This document shows positions 8,878 through 18,160 of a stretch of DNA of 62,535 nucleotides, in pieces. The position numbers were made by a program, and so were the translations under genes. The stretch's first letter is position 1; every line of letters begins with the position of its first letter. Origin of the DNA: Patescibacteria group bacterium (GTDB lineage: Bacteria > Patescibacteriota > Microgenomatia > PFEM01 > JBHPGO01); NCBI GenBank assembly GCA_042570465.1, contig JBHPGO010000002.1, positions 1 through 62,535 on the forward strand. Direction: 5' to 3'. The notes beneath the pieces are model-generated. The model saw only the letters and a list, made by a program, of their open reading frames with translations. It did not search any database and was not told where the DNA came from.

Positions 8878-9603
8878 ATGATAGAAAAGATGATTAAAAC
8901 CAAACACTTGACTAAAAAATTTGATCAATTAACCGCCGTTAACCAACTGGATCTGGAACTTAAAAAAGGAGAAATCTTCGGCTTTATTGGTCCCAACGGA
9001 GCCGGAAAAACAACCACGATCAAGATGCTCACCGGCATATTACTGCCTACTTCGGGAACGATTAGTATCGGCAAATTTGATTTAATCTCCCAACCGGTTC
9101 AAGCTAAAAAAATTATCGGCTATATTCCGGATGATCCTTATGTTTACCCTGAATTAACCGGCCGGGAATTTCTTTGGCTAGTTGGTCGTCTTTTTGAAGT
9201 TAAAAATATCGAGAATAAAATTAAGCAATTAACACCCATTTACCAAATCGGGAAAATCATTGATGGACCGTTTAAGGATTACTCCCGAGGCAATAAACAA
9301 AAGTTGACCATTTTAGCCGCCCTGCTTCATAACCCTCAGGTCCTGGTGATCGATGAACCGATTTTGGGGCTAGACCCTCAAAGCGCTCAAACAACAATTG
9401 ACCTTTTCAGGGATTTTGCTAAAAAAGGAGGAACAATTTTTGTTTCTACCCACACCCTGAGTGTGGCTGAAAAAATATGCCACCGAATCGGAGTCATCGA
9501 TCAGGGCAAATTGATTTTTGAAGGCAGTTTAAGCCAACTGGAAGAAAAGCTCAAACAAAAAGGCAAGCATTTAGAAGAGCTTTACTTAAAGCTAACGACG
9601 TAA
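8878..9603 (+). CDS. ABC transporter ATP-binding protein
   Basis: Walker A GPNGAGKTT, signature YSRGNKQKL, Walker B VLVIDEP. The track start 8833 is TTG. In-frame ATGs at 8878 and 8890 are more likely starts. Confidence 0.85.
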   Translation: MIEKMIKTKHLTKKFDQLTAVNQLDLELKKGEIFGFIGPNGAGKTTTIKMLTGILLPTSGTISIGKFDLISQPVQAKKIIGYIPDDPYVYPELTGREFLWLVGRLFEVKNIENKIKQLTPIYQIGKIIDGPFKDYSRGNKQKLTILAALLHNPQVLVIDEPILGLDPQSAQTTIDLFRDFAKKGGTIFVSTHTLSVAEKICHRIGVIDQGKLIFEGSLSQLEEKLKQKGKHLEELYLKLTT

Positions 9604-9633
9604 GAAACAATCCCGGATCGAAACCTATCAACC

Positions 9634-11298
9634 ATGATTGACAAAGCTTTTTTTATCCTTCTTGGTAATCAGTTTTTACGATTTTGGTCATTTTTTAAGC
9701 ACCGCCAATGGCCTCGAATTTTAGTGATGATCATTATCTTAGTCTTCATGTTTATTTTAGCCATCGGAATTTTCTTTTTCAGCTACACTACTTTTTCCTT
9801 TTTCGGACAATACCAAGATATTAACCAACCCATCGTAATCTATAGCCTAGCAATAACTTTTATCCTCACCTTTGTCCTGACATTTTTTTCCTCACTCATT
9901 ACTGCTTTGGGAACCCTTTTTCAAAGAGACGACAACCGACTAATCTTTTCTTGGCCCATTGAAATCGAATCAATTTTTGAATTACGCCTCATTGATACGG
10001 CCCTGCTTTCCAGTTGGCCACTCCTGACCCTTACTTTGCCAGTCATCTTTGGTTATGGGTTTGCCTTGAATCTTTCATTGCCGGTAATTTGCCTCTTTAT
10101 TTTAGTGACCTTGTTTTTAGCCTTATCAGCAACTCTTTTAGGAGTTTTGCTGGCCACCTTGATCAGCCGACCCTGGGGAAATTTAAAAAGCAAAACTGTC
10201 TGGTTGGGAGCATTGGGCATCATTCCCTTTTTAGGCTGGGGCCTGATCCAACTCCTCCTTCCTTCCAAATTAACTCAAAACCTGGGCCAACTAGAGATTG
10301 CCCAAATTAGCCAACTTCTTGATCAGCAATTTCTAATGAATCCCTTCTTGCCGACCACCTGGGCGGTTAAATTTGTTAGCCTCTGGCCCCTTGACCCAAT
10401 CTTGGGAATGAGGAATTGGTTTTTCTTATTTGGCTTTTTTACTTTTATTCTTATCGCTTTACTCTTAGTCCGGGGAAAGTTTTATCGAAAAGCAGTTGAC
10501 AAAACAGCTGTCGGACGATTTATCGCTGCCCCTTGGGACAAAGTTTATAAAAAAGCAAAGCCTTTTCCATATTTATTAAAAGGAAAGTTCGGTGCTCTGA
10601 CAGAAAAAGATTGGCTCGTTATTTTCAGATCCTCTCCTCAACTTTTTCAACTCGGCTTCATAGTTTTTTTACAACTGGTCTATTTTTTGGTCATTAACCG
10701 GGTGCCAGCCCACCGCTTTGGGCAAGTATTTGAAAACGGCTCTCCAATCCAGTTGATTTTGACTAACTTTCTTTTTGTAAACTTTTTGGCGTCGGTCTTG
10801 GCGATGCGCTTTTTCTTCCCCATGATCAGTCTTGAGGGGCATAGCAGCTGGATTATTTGGTCAGCTCCGATTAAAAGAATCAAAATCTTTTGGCAAAAAT
10901 TTTTATCTTCTTTTTTGGTGATTCTAGCTTGGATGACAATTTCAACCCTTTTTTCAATAAAGTCTTTGGGTTTACCATTTGGTCAGTATTGGTTTTTATT
11001 CCTCATTAACCTCCCCCTGGGGTTAACTTTAGTAATGATCACCCTCGGTGTCGGCACTCTTAAACCCAATTTTTGGGAAAAAAATCCGGAAAAACTTTCG
11101 ACCACCCCCGGAGGCATCTTGGCAACATTTTTATGCCTCGCCTATACTCTTTGCCTAAGCTTGGGGATATTTTTCTTAAAAGAGGTTTATGCCCTGAACC
11201 AGCTGTGGTTCCACCTTTTTTCCTGGCTGGTCAGCGGCTTGGTATTCTTACCTATCCTTAAACTTATCCCTCAAAAAATTAATCAGTACGAGATGTAA
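9634..11298 (+). CDS. multi-pass ABC exporter permease-like membrane protein
   Basis: 554 aa with at least 10 predicted hydrophobic helices. Starts 30 nt after the ATPase gene. Confidence 0.65.
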   Translation: MIDKAFFILLGNQFLRFWSFFKHRQWPRILVMIIILVFMFILAIGIFFFSYTTFSFFGQYQDINQPIVIYSLAITFILTFVLTFFSSLITALGTLFQRDDNRLIFSWPIEIESIFELRLIDTALLSSWPLLTLTLPVIFGYGFALNLSLPVICLFILVTLFLALSATLLGVLLATLISRPWGNLKSKTVWLGALGIIPFLGWGLIQLLLPSKLTQNLGQLEIAQISQLLDQQFLMNPFLPTTWAVKFVSLWPLDPILGMRNWFFLFGFFTFILIALLLVRGKFYRKAVDKTAVGRFIAAPWDKVYKKAKPFPYLLKGKFGALTEKDWLVIFRSSPQLFQLGFIVFLQLVYFLVINRVPAHRFGQVFENGSPIQLILTNFLFVNFLASVLAMRFFFPMISLEGHSSWIIWSAPIKRIKIFWQKFLSSFLVILAWMTISTLFSIKSLGLPFGQYWFLFLINLPLGLTLVMITLGVGTLKPNFWEKNPEKLSTTPGGILATFLCLAYTLCLSLGIFFLKEVYALNQLWFHLFSWLVSGLVFLPILKLIPQKINQYEM

Positions 11299-11478
11299 TT
11301 ATTTACAGGCTGACTGACCATTATTTGTTTCCCTAATCTGACACCTCTTTGCGAAAGTAAATCGCCAGTGATAAAACCAAAAGAATTTGAAGCGACCTGT
11401 TTTAAAAAAAGTTTTGCAAATATCATGTCAGATTAAGTGTCTCTTTATTAACTTTTTTTGATCTGTTAAGATGAATGC

Positions 11479-11688
11479 ATGTGCATGGCCACTCCCGGAA
11501 AAGTCATTCAAGTTAAGGATAAAAAAGCAAAAATTAAACAGCCTGACCATGAACACTGGGTAGATACTTCAATGATCGACAGTGGAGTCAAACTGGGTGA
11601 TTATGTATTGACTTATCAGGAAGCGGCGATTAATAAAATCTCAACAAAGCAAGCCAAAGAAATATTAACGCTGATTGCTAATGACTGA
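11479..11688 (+). CDS. hypC: HypC/HybG/HupF family hydrogenase maturation chaperone
   Basis: N-terminal MCMATPGKVIQV matches the HypC hallmark MC(L/I)(A/G)(I/V)PGKV. 69 aa, with LGDYVL...EAAINKIS in the C-terminal part. Confidence 0.8.
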   Translation: MCMATPGKVIQVKDKKAKIKQPDHEHWVDTSMIDSGVKLGDYVLTYQEAAINKISTKQAKEILTLIAND

Positions 11689-11747
11689 TGGTTTTTTCCT
11701 TAATAATTTAGAAATTAGATCAATTAAGTTAATTAGAAATTAAAATC

Positions 11748-12665
11748 ATGCTGTCTAAAAAAGAAATCTCGGGAACTGTTTTGATATTAGCCACGGCAAT
11801 AATCTCCGGCTTCTCGATTTTTATTAATAAAATCGGGGGCTTGAGTCTTGATCCTTATGTTTTCACCGGTTCAAAAAACTTTTTAGTCGCTTTGATAATT
11901 TTTTCTTCAATCTTAATCAGCTCAAATTTAAAATCTTTTAATAAACTAAAGTTTAAAAATTGGCTGACCTTGCTTTTGATCGGAATTGTTGGCGGCGGCT
12001 TGCCTTTTTTACTTTTTTTTAAAGGCCTGACCCTAACTTCCCCTGCTCAAGCATCTTTTATTCATAAAAATATGTTTTTATTGGCCGCACCACTGGCTTT
12101 ATTTTTTCTCAAAGAAAAAATATCGCGCCGTTTTTACCTGGTAGCCTTTGTTTTACTCATCGGAAACGCTCTGTTTTTTAAACTCACCACAGTCACTTTC
12201 GGTCAAGGAGACTTATTAATTCTTTTGGCGGCCAGTCTTTGGGCCATTGAAAGTATTATCTCAAAAAAAGCGCTCAAGTCACTGCCAGTAAAAACAGTCG
12301 CCTTTGGCCGGATGTTTTTTGGCTCACTTTTTATCATCGCTTTTTTACTGAGCCGCGGTCAGCTAAACCAAATTACTCAACTTAATCTTCAACAAATCAG
12401 CTGGATTGTTTTGACTAGCTTACTGCTTTTTGGTTTTGTCATTACTTGGTATACTGGCCTCAAATTAGTCCGAGTATCTTTGGCAACTTCCATCTTAGTG
12501 CTCGGTTCACCAGTAACCGCCCTGCTTTCAACCATTTTTATTAATTCCACTTATTCTGCCCCTCAGATTGCCGGCGCGATCCTTATTTTTGGAGGCGTTC
12601 TCACTGTTACCTTTTCTCGCCTCCAAAAACCCCTCCGGACAACCTCGCCGGTATCAAAATTCTAA
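11748..12665 (+). CDS. EamA/DMT family transporter
   Basis: 305 aa with about 10 TM helices arranged as two similar halves. Confidence 0.7.
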   Translation: MLSKKEISGTVLILATAIISGFSIFINKIGGLSLDPYVFTGSKNFLVALIIFSSILISSNLKSFNKLKFKNWLTLLLIGIVGGGLPFLLFFKGLTLTSPAQASFIHKNMFLLAAPLALFFLKEKISRRFYLVAFVLLIGNALFFKLTTVTFGQGDLLILLAASLWAIESIISKKALKSLPVKTVAFGRMFFGSLFIIAFLLSRGQLNQITQLNLQQISWIVLTSLLLFGFVITWYTGLKLVRVSLATSILVLGSPVTALLSTIFINSTYSAPQIAGAILIFGGVLTVTFSRLQKPLRTTSPVSKF

Positions 12666-13435
12666 TGTCTGGACTAAAATTAGCCGCAATTTACGGATTT
12701 CCCCCATTCAAGCTCGGTTTTTGCGGACCCGAGGGTGAAGAGAGCCTTGATTCCTTGATTGGTTTTATTAAGGGCGAGAAGGTCTTGGCTGAAAAATCAA
12801 GAAAAATCTTGAGCCGTTTTGTTGCCGCCTATCCTTATTATCGGCTGATTGCCAACAGCAACAGGATCAAAAATCCTTTTGATAAAAAGGTAGTTGAAGC
12901 CTATTGGCTGGGAAATCAGCTGCTTGACAATATCCCTCCATCAGCTTTAAAAAAAATGATTTTAAATGATTTTTACCAACCGGGTTTGCCGGACCGAATT
13001 CAACTTAAAAAAACCGTTGCCACGATCCCCGCTGCTGCCAAGGCCCACCACAGTTTCCATGTCTTGTTTATCGGTTCAGTTACCGGCAAAGTTGAGTTCA
13101 CTGATAAAGTCAGAGATATTTGCCGAATTGGCTGGGGAAGGGTTAACAAAATCAAAAATCAATCCGCCGGCTGGCGGATAAAAATCAAAAATCGACCACT
13201 AAAGCAACAAAACGATCGATATTACTTAGCTGAGGAAACTAAAAAAGAAATTAATTGGGATCGAGACTTTGTCCCTCAAGTAAAAATCGGCGATATTGTT
13301 TCTTTTCATTGGGGACAAGCTTGCCAAGTTTTAAATAAAAAAGAAGTAGAAAACTTAGAAAAGTATACTCAATTAAATATTAAAGCCTTTAACACACAAA
13401 TATTATCTTCCTCGTTTCACCCTCCAGGAGACTAG
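12665..13435 (+). CDS. conserved hypothetical protein with HypC-like C-terminal region
   Basis: The C-terminal segment ICRIGWGRVNKI ... KIGDIVSFHWGQACQVLNKKEVENLEKY parallels HypC (MCIGVPGQI ... GQWVLVHVGFA...EAEA). The N-terminal 150 aa (YGFPPFKLGFCGPEG) has no family I can name. Confidence 0.5.
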   Translation: MSGLKLAAIYGFPPFKLGFCGPEGEESLDSLIGFIKGEKVLAEKSRKILSRFVAAYPYYRLIANSNRIKNPFDKKVVEAYWLGNQLLDNIPPSALKKMILNDFYQPGLPDRIQLKKTVATIPAAAKAHHSFHVLFIGSVTGKVEFTDKVRDICRIGWGRVNKIKNQSAGWRIKIKNRPLKQQNDRYYLAEETKKEINWDRDFVPQVKIGDIVSFHWGQACQVLNKKEVENLEKYTQLNIKAFNTQILSSSFHPPGD

Positions 13436-13471
13436 CTGAAATATTGCTCCACCTGGAAGGTGGCTCACGAC

Positions 13472-15172
13472 TTAGTGAACCGCACAAGTAATGCAAGGGT
13501 CAAAAGCACGAATCAACATCTCGGTTTCTCTTTCCAATTCCTCATCGCTTCCGTTTCTTTCTTTGACTAATTGCCGGGCTTCAACTTCCAGTGAAGCCAG
13601 ATTAATCTGCGTCGGAGGAATAATATTGTAATCAATGATTTTGCCCGTTTTATTTAATTTAACCTGATGGATCAAAACCCCTCTGGGAGCTTCCAAACAA
13701 GCTTCTCCATAAAAAGAGTCCTGGCTCTTTTTATCTTTAAGCCAACTTTCAAGAGACCGGCCCTTCGTCTTTGATAAATCTTTATTGATCAGTTCTCCCA
13801 CCAGAAACCTTATTTTATCTAAAAAGTGAAGGACTTCAACCGCTTGGGCCAAGTTATTATGGTAAGGATTTCTAAGCTCGAAGGGGTGACTTTCAAATAT
13901 TTCTTTTGCCAGCGGCCGAAGACAATCTTGATACCGACTAATTCTCGACAAAGCTCCAACCTTAACAACCTGATTATTAACTAACCCCAACTTAGCCGTT
14001 GACCCATCTTTAAGACTTTCTTTTACCTGAGGGATCTCGACCGACTTATAAAGCGGATATTCGTTATGAGGTGGCTTGATTGACAAAAATTCAACCGAAC
14101 TATCTATTGGCGGAACAGTAAAAGAAGCAAAAAGATTGACCAAATCTTGAGCTTCATCAATCACGTCATCAGCTAATTCCCTCAATGAAAGCAAACCATC
14201 TAACTTAGGAGGCTTAACAAAACCCCCCAAGGTAGTGTTGACCGGAAAAGCGGTTGAACCGGCGACTACCTCAAGAACTCTTTCACTGACTCTTTTAATG
14301 TTCAGCATCAAATGAAACTCAGCCGGGTATCGCTGAGAAAGATCAAGAGCGCTTTTTAGATTGGCAAAATCAGGTAAAACTAAGAAAAAGAGGTGAACCA
14401 AATGGCTTTTGATCAACTGAGCGCTGGACATTAATTCCCTAAGAATGATTGCCTCTGGAGCCGGCTCAACCCCCAGAGCATCTTCAATTGCCTTCCAAGA
14501 GCAAAGATTATGAGCCACCGGACAAATCCCGCAGATTCGGGAATTAATCACCGGCGCTTGGGAAAAATTTTTGCCAAGCAATAAGCCCTCAATTAACCTT
14601 TCACTTTCTTCAACCTCAAATTCAACCTTTTTTTGTTTAAAGTTGATTTTCAACTGACCATGGCCTTCAATTTTGGCTACATAATCAGGAGGAACAACGT
14701 CTTTAATTTTGGAAGTAACTTCTTTGCCTTGATACTTGATCAAGGTTTTTTTAAAAATTTCTAAATTCGGCGGACAACCAGGGATCTTCTCATCAACTTT
14801 AATGTATTTTTCAACTGGCTCTAAAAACTCAGCTTTAAGACGGTATTTCTCGTCGTAGATTTTGGGAGCTAGTTTTTTTCTCTGATCCGGGGTTAACTCG
14901 GCAAAAAAGTTACCGGAAATGGCACAAGCACCAATGGCAATAACCACTTTGGAAGTTTCCCTGATTTCCTTAAGCAATTTAATGTGCTCTTTGGTCGTCA
15001 CCGCCCCTTCGATGATGGCGATATCAAAGTCGTTTTTTGAATCTTGGGAAAGGAGGCGCCAATTAGTGATTTCAAAATTTTGGAAAATATCCAAAAGTTG
15101 TTCGTTGAGGGAAAGAAGGTGGAATTCACACCCCTGGCACCCGGTTAAATCAAAAACAGCCACTTTGGTCAT
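13472..15172 (-). CDS. fused [NiFe]-hydrogenase small-subunit-like and large-subunit protein (group 3-like)
   Basis: The N-terminal 150 aa carry proximal-cluster-type cysteines (TGCQGCE, IGACAISG, IPGCPPN). Then VAKIEGHG, the L1 motif RICGICPVAH and the terminal L2 motif DPCITCAVH, followed directly by the stop. Confidence 0.85.
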   Translation of the reverse strand: MTKVAVFDLTGCQGCEFHLLSLNEQLLDIFQNFEITNWRLLSQDSKNDFDIAIIEGAVTTKEHIKLLKEIRETSKVVIAIGACAISGNFFAELTPDQRKKLAPKIYDEKYRLKAEFLEPVEKYIKVDEKIPGCPPNLEIFKKTLIKYQGKEVTSKIKDVVPPDYVAKIEGHGQLKINFKQKKVEFEVEESERLIEGLLLGKNFSQAPVINSRICGICPVAHNLCSWKAIEDALGVEPAPEAIILRELMSSAQLIKSHLVHLFFLVLPDFANLKSALDLSQRYPAEFHLMLNIKRVSERVLEVVAGSTAFPVNTTLGGFVKPPKLDGLLSLRELADDVIDEAQDLVNLFASFTVPPIDSSVEFLSIKPPHNEYPLYKSVEIPQVKESLKDGSTAKLGLVNNQVVKVGALSRISRYQDCLRPLAKEIFESHPFELRNPYHNNLAQAVEVLHFLDKIRFLVGELINKDLSKTKGRSLESWLKDKKSQDSFYGEACLEAPRGVLIHQVKLNKTGKIIDYNIIPPTQINLASLEVEARQLVKERNGSDEELERETEMLIRAFDPCITCAVH

Positions 15173-15246
15173 CGATTTATCTTAGCATAAACTTAACCAC
15201 ATCATCTTTTCAAGATTAATTTCAGAAACAAGGGTCGGTTTTATTA

Positions 15247-16230
15247 CTAGTAGAATTTTTCGTTTAGACCTCTGAAGTCAGCAACTGATTTCTCGTACTT
15301 TTCACTAATTTTTTCTTCCAACCATTGGTAGGCATAATCAATCTTTTCTAAAACCCCGGGCGTAAGCTTAACCTGGTTGGCTTTCAAGTTGACCAGTACT
15401 TGTTCGGGACTAGTGGCCCCGACAATCACAAAACCAACATATTTTTGGGCCAACTCCCAAGCAATCACTAACTGCTCGACAGAAACACCCAAGTCTTGAG
15501 CAACCGGAGAAAGAACATCATTGACCCAGGAAGTGATTGTTTTTAACGGGCGAGGTTTCCAGTCCGACCGGCCAACCCGCAAATCTTTTGGCCTCAACCT
15601 GATTGGTTTTAAAACCCGATCAGACAACTGGCTTCTTTCAATTGGACAATAAGGAATTAGACGAACTTTGTGTTCTAAAAGATATTCTTTAAACGGTTCG
15701 TCAATGCTTTGGTTAACCAAGCTAAACCGATTTTGAACAAACTTGACTTTTCCAGCTTTATTGTAGCCTTTTAATTCCGAAAGGTCGACGTTAGAAACAC
15801 CAATCTTTTTTATTTTCCCGTCTTTTTGAAGTTTAACCAAGGCCTCCATGGTTTCATCGTAAAGGATGCCGGGATCAGGGGTGTGGACAAAATAAATGTC
15901 AATAAAATCAGTTTCTAATCTTTTAAGGGACTTTTCGCACTCATTAATAATGTCATCATACCGACAACTTTTTTTAACCGTCCTAAAAGTCTTACCTTTA
16001 ACATCAACATACCCACATTTGCTCATCAGGGAATAATTTTTTCGGGGGATTTTTTTCAATACTTCTCCTAAAAGTCTTTCTACTTTACCAAAGCCATAAA
16101 GTGGGGCGGTGTCAATAAAATAACCGTCATGACTGAGAAAAGTTTTAACAATTTTTTCAGCCTCACTTTTGGTGACTTTCGAAAAAACACTTGCCAGCGG
16201 AAAGGTTCCTAGTCCAACCCGGTTTCTCAT
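15247..16230 (-). CDS. aldo/keto reductase
   Basis: 327 aa. GLGTFPL ... IDTAPLYGFGKVERLLGE and the rest match the AKR fold pattern. Confidence 0.85.
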   Translation of the reverse strand: MRNRVGLGTFPLASVFSKVTKSEAEKIVKTFLSHDGYFIDTAPLYGFGKVERLLGEVLKKIPRKNYSLMSKCGYVDVKGKTFRTVKKSCRYDDIINECEKSLKRLETDFIDIYFVHTPDPGILYDETMEALVKLQKDGKIKKIGVSNVDLSELKGYNKAGKVKFVQNRFSLVNQSIDEPFKEYLLEHKVRLIPYCPIERSQLSDRVLKPIRLRPKDLRVGRSDWKPRPLKTITSWVNDVLSPVAQDLGVSVEQLVIAWELAQKYVGFVIVGATSPEQVLVNLKANQVKLTPGVLEKIDYAYQWLEEKISEKYEKSVADFRGLNEKFY

Positions 16231-16382
16231 ATCTCCTCTTTATCCATTTTAGCAGGTTTTAAAGAAAGTTAGAATAGGCAACGGAAAGTGATCAACTATA
16301 ATAATCACTTTTCCCAAAAAAATAACTAATCAAAAACCAAGTGAAATTGAAATCTGTCACATATTTCCCTTATACTAGCTTA

Positions 16383-17600
16383 ATGATGAAACTGCCTAAA
16401 ATAAATAAGAAATTAAAATTAAAAGCAAAAAAAGTCTTCGGTTGGGTTGCAATATTTGGCATATTTTTTTTAATTCCTCTCATTGTTCCGAGCTTGATTG
16501 TTCTTTGGCAGGAAAAACAAGATTTGGTCAGTCATGTTAACCAATCTGAAAGCGAAAAAGTCAATCTTAAAAAACAATCAATTCTGATGAATCAAGAGCT
16601 GGAAGCTCTCAAAAGCGAAGATCAAAGAGTTCGCAATAACTTGCTCGAAGAAGAAATTGAAAACATTCAAGAGACTTACCAACAAAGCGTCAAAACTTAT
16701 GAAAACTTGCTTTCTCTAAAAGAGAAAACAGACAAAACCGAAAAATTTGACGATCAATATTCCGAAGCCCTGAGTTTACTTTCTAAAAGAAACTATGCTT
16801 CAGCTTCGGCAATCTTCGTTTCGCTTGGCAAGGCAATCGATAAAGAACAAGCCAGCCTGGCAGCAAAATTTGAAATCCCGGCTAACGTGCCCGAGCAAAA
16901 TGCCCCGCCTTCTTCAGGCTACCGCCGCCAAAAAGTCAGGACTGACTTGGGAACTTTTCTCGTTAGCATCGTCACCGCCGACTTGAATTCAGCCCGGGTG
17001 GTGGTCGACACGGCCGCCGAATCAGATTGCCACAATGATTGTCCGGTTGAATCGCTCTCTACTTTTGCCTCCCGCAACGGTGCTTTTGCCGGTATCAACG
17101 GCAGCTACTTTTGCCCGGCTTCTTACCCTTCTTGCGCCGACAAGAAAAACTCTTTTGACACTTTACTGATGAATAAAAATAAAGTCTATTTTAATTCCGA
17201 CAATAATGTCTACAGTACCGTGCCAGTAGCCGCTTTCTACGGCAACACAGCTCGTTTTATGGCCCAATCCCTGGAATGGGGCCGAGACACCGGGGTAGAC
17301 GCTGTCATCGCCAACCGACCGCTGTTAGTTCACAATGGCAATATTGTTTTTACCGGCGGCGGTCAACCCAAGGAAGGCGCCCGAGGCGGTCGCAGTTTTA
17401 TCGGGGCAACCGGTAGCACCGTTTACATCGGCGTTGTCCACAGCGCAACTGTGGCTGAGTCTGCCAAAGCCTTACATACCTTGGGTATCCAAAACGCGAT
17501 TAACCTGGATAACGGTGGCTCAACGGCACTCTGGTCCGGCGGCTATAAAGTCGGCCCAGGTCGTAATTTAGCCAACGCGGTTTTATTGGTTAGAAAATAG
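16383..17600 (+). CDS. phosphodiester glycosidase (DUF2233) family protein with TM anchor and coiled coil
   Basis: C-terminal INGSYFCP ... RPLLVHNGNIVF ... RSFIGATGSTVYIGVV ... NAINLDNGGSTALW. The track start 16341 is GTG; ATG at 16383 precedes the TM helix. Confidence 0.7.
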   Translation: MMKLPKINKKLKLKAKKVFGWVAIFGIFFLIPLIVPSLIVLWQEKQDLVSHVNQSESEKVNLKKQSILMNQELEALKSEDQRVRNNLLEEEIENIQETYQQSVKTYENLLSLKEKTDKTEKFDDQYSEALSLLSKRNYASASAIFVSLGKAIDKEQASLAAKFEIPANVPEQNAPPSSGYRRQKVRTDLGTFLVSIVTADLNSARVVVDTAAESDCHNDCPVESLSTFASRNGAFAGINGSYFCPASYPSCADKKNSFDTLLMNKNKVYFNSDNNVYSTVPVAAFYGNTARFMAQSLEWGRDTGVDAVIANRPLLVHNGNIVFTGGGQPKEGARGGRSFIGATGSTVYIGVVHSATVAESAKALHTLGIQNAINLDNGGSTALWSGGYKVGPGRNLANAVLLVRK

Positions 17601-17614
17601 AAAAAGCAAAACAT

Positions 17615-17644
17615 CCCGAGGTTGCCTACTTGGGCAACCTCGGG
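17615..17644. repeat. GC-rich hairpin repeat, copy a
   Basis: cccgaggttgcc-tacttg-ggcaacctcggg, a 12-bp stem, 14 nt after the stop of the preceding gene. Confidence 0.85.
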
Positions 17645-17702
17645 AGTTGGTAAAACATTTTGCTATAGTTTTAAATAATCGTGGTTATTTATTTCCAATG
17701 AT

Positions 17703-18005
17703 ATGACATTAGAAAAATACACATTGTTTAATGTCTTAATTATCGAAGCTGTATTTTTTATTGCTAAGAGTATTTTAAAAAGAAAAAAACTCGTCGGTGG
17801 TTTTCTAACGTCGTTTATCCTTGGAGTCATAGTATTGTATTTTTCTTTCGGAGGTGCCGTTGCTTCATTCTTGAAAAAAGTGATACTCTCGGGGGGAACT
17901 CCAAAGTTAATCGATATTCTTTTACTTTTCTTCAATATGTTCTATGGATATTTAAGAGGACTTTCTAGAATAGCTTCTCTTAATAAAAAATACGGTAATC
18001 TCTAG
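17703..18005 (+). CDS. hypothetical membrane protein
   Basis: 100 aa with three hydrophobic helices. Preferred over the overlapping minus ORF 17663..17935. Confidence 0.4.
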   Translation: MTLEKYTLFNVLIIEAVFFIAKSILKRKKLVGGFLTSFILGVIVLYFSFGGAVASFLKKVILSGGTPKLIDILLLFFNMFYGYLRGLSRIASLNKKYGNL

Positions 18006-18160
18006 TGGTTAGATTAAGAACAAATCAGCTCCCTAGCTCTAGAGTTCTACATATCTCAATAAACAAGATTATTTCAGCATTTAATGACGTAGTCCAAGCA
18101 GAACTTTTAAAAACCAGATGGAATGAGATAAAACGGCTTTCCTCTCATTCGAATTCTTTG

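Noticed and set aside
11333-11440. Long-range complementarity (taatctgac / gtcagatta and gacac / gtgtc) upstream of hypC, considered as a metal riboswitch.
   Set aside because: I cannot match it to any known riboswitch consensus from memory, and a 9-bp pairing across about 80 nt of AT-rich sequence is not compelling on its own.
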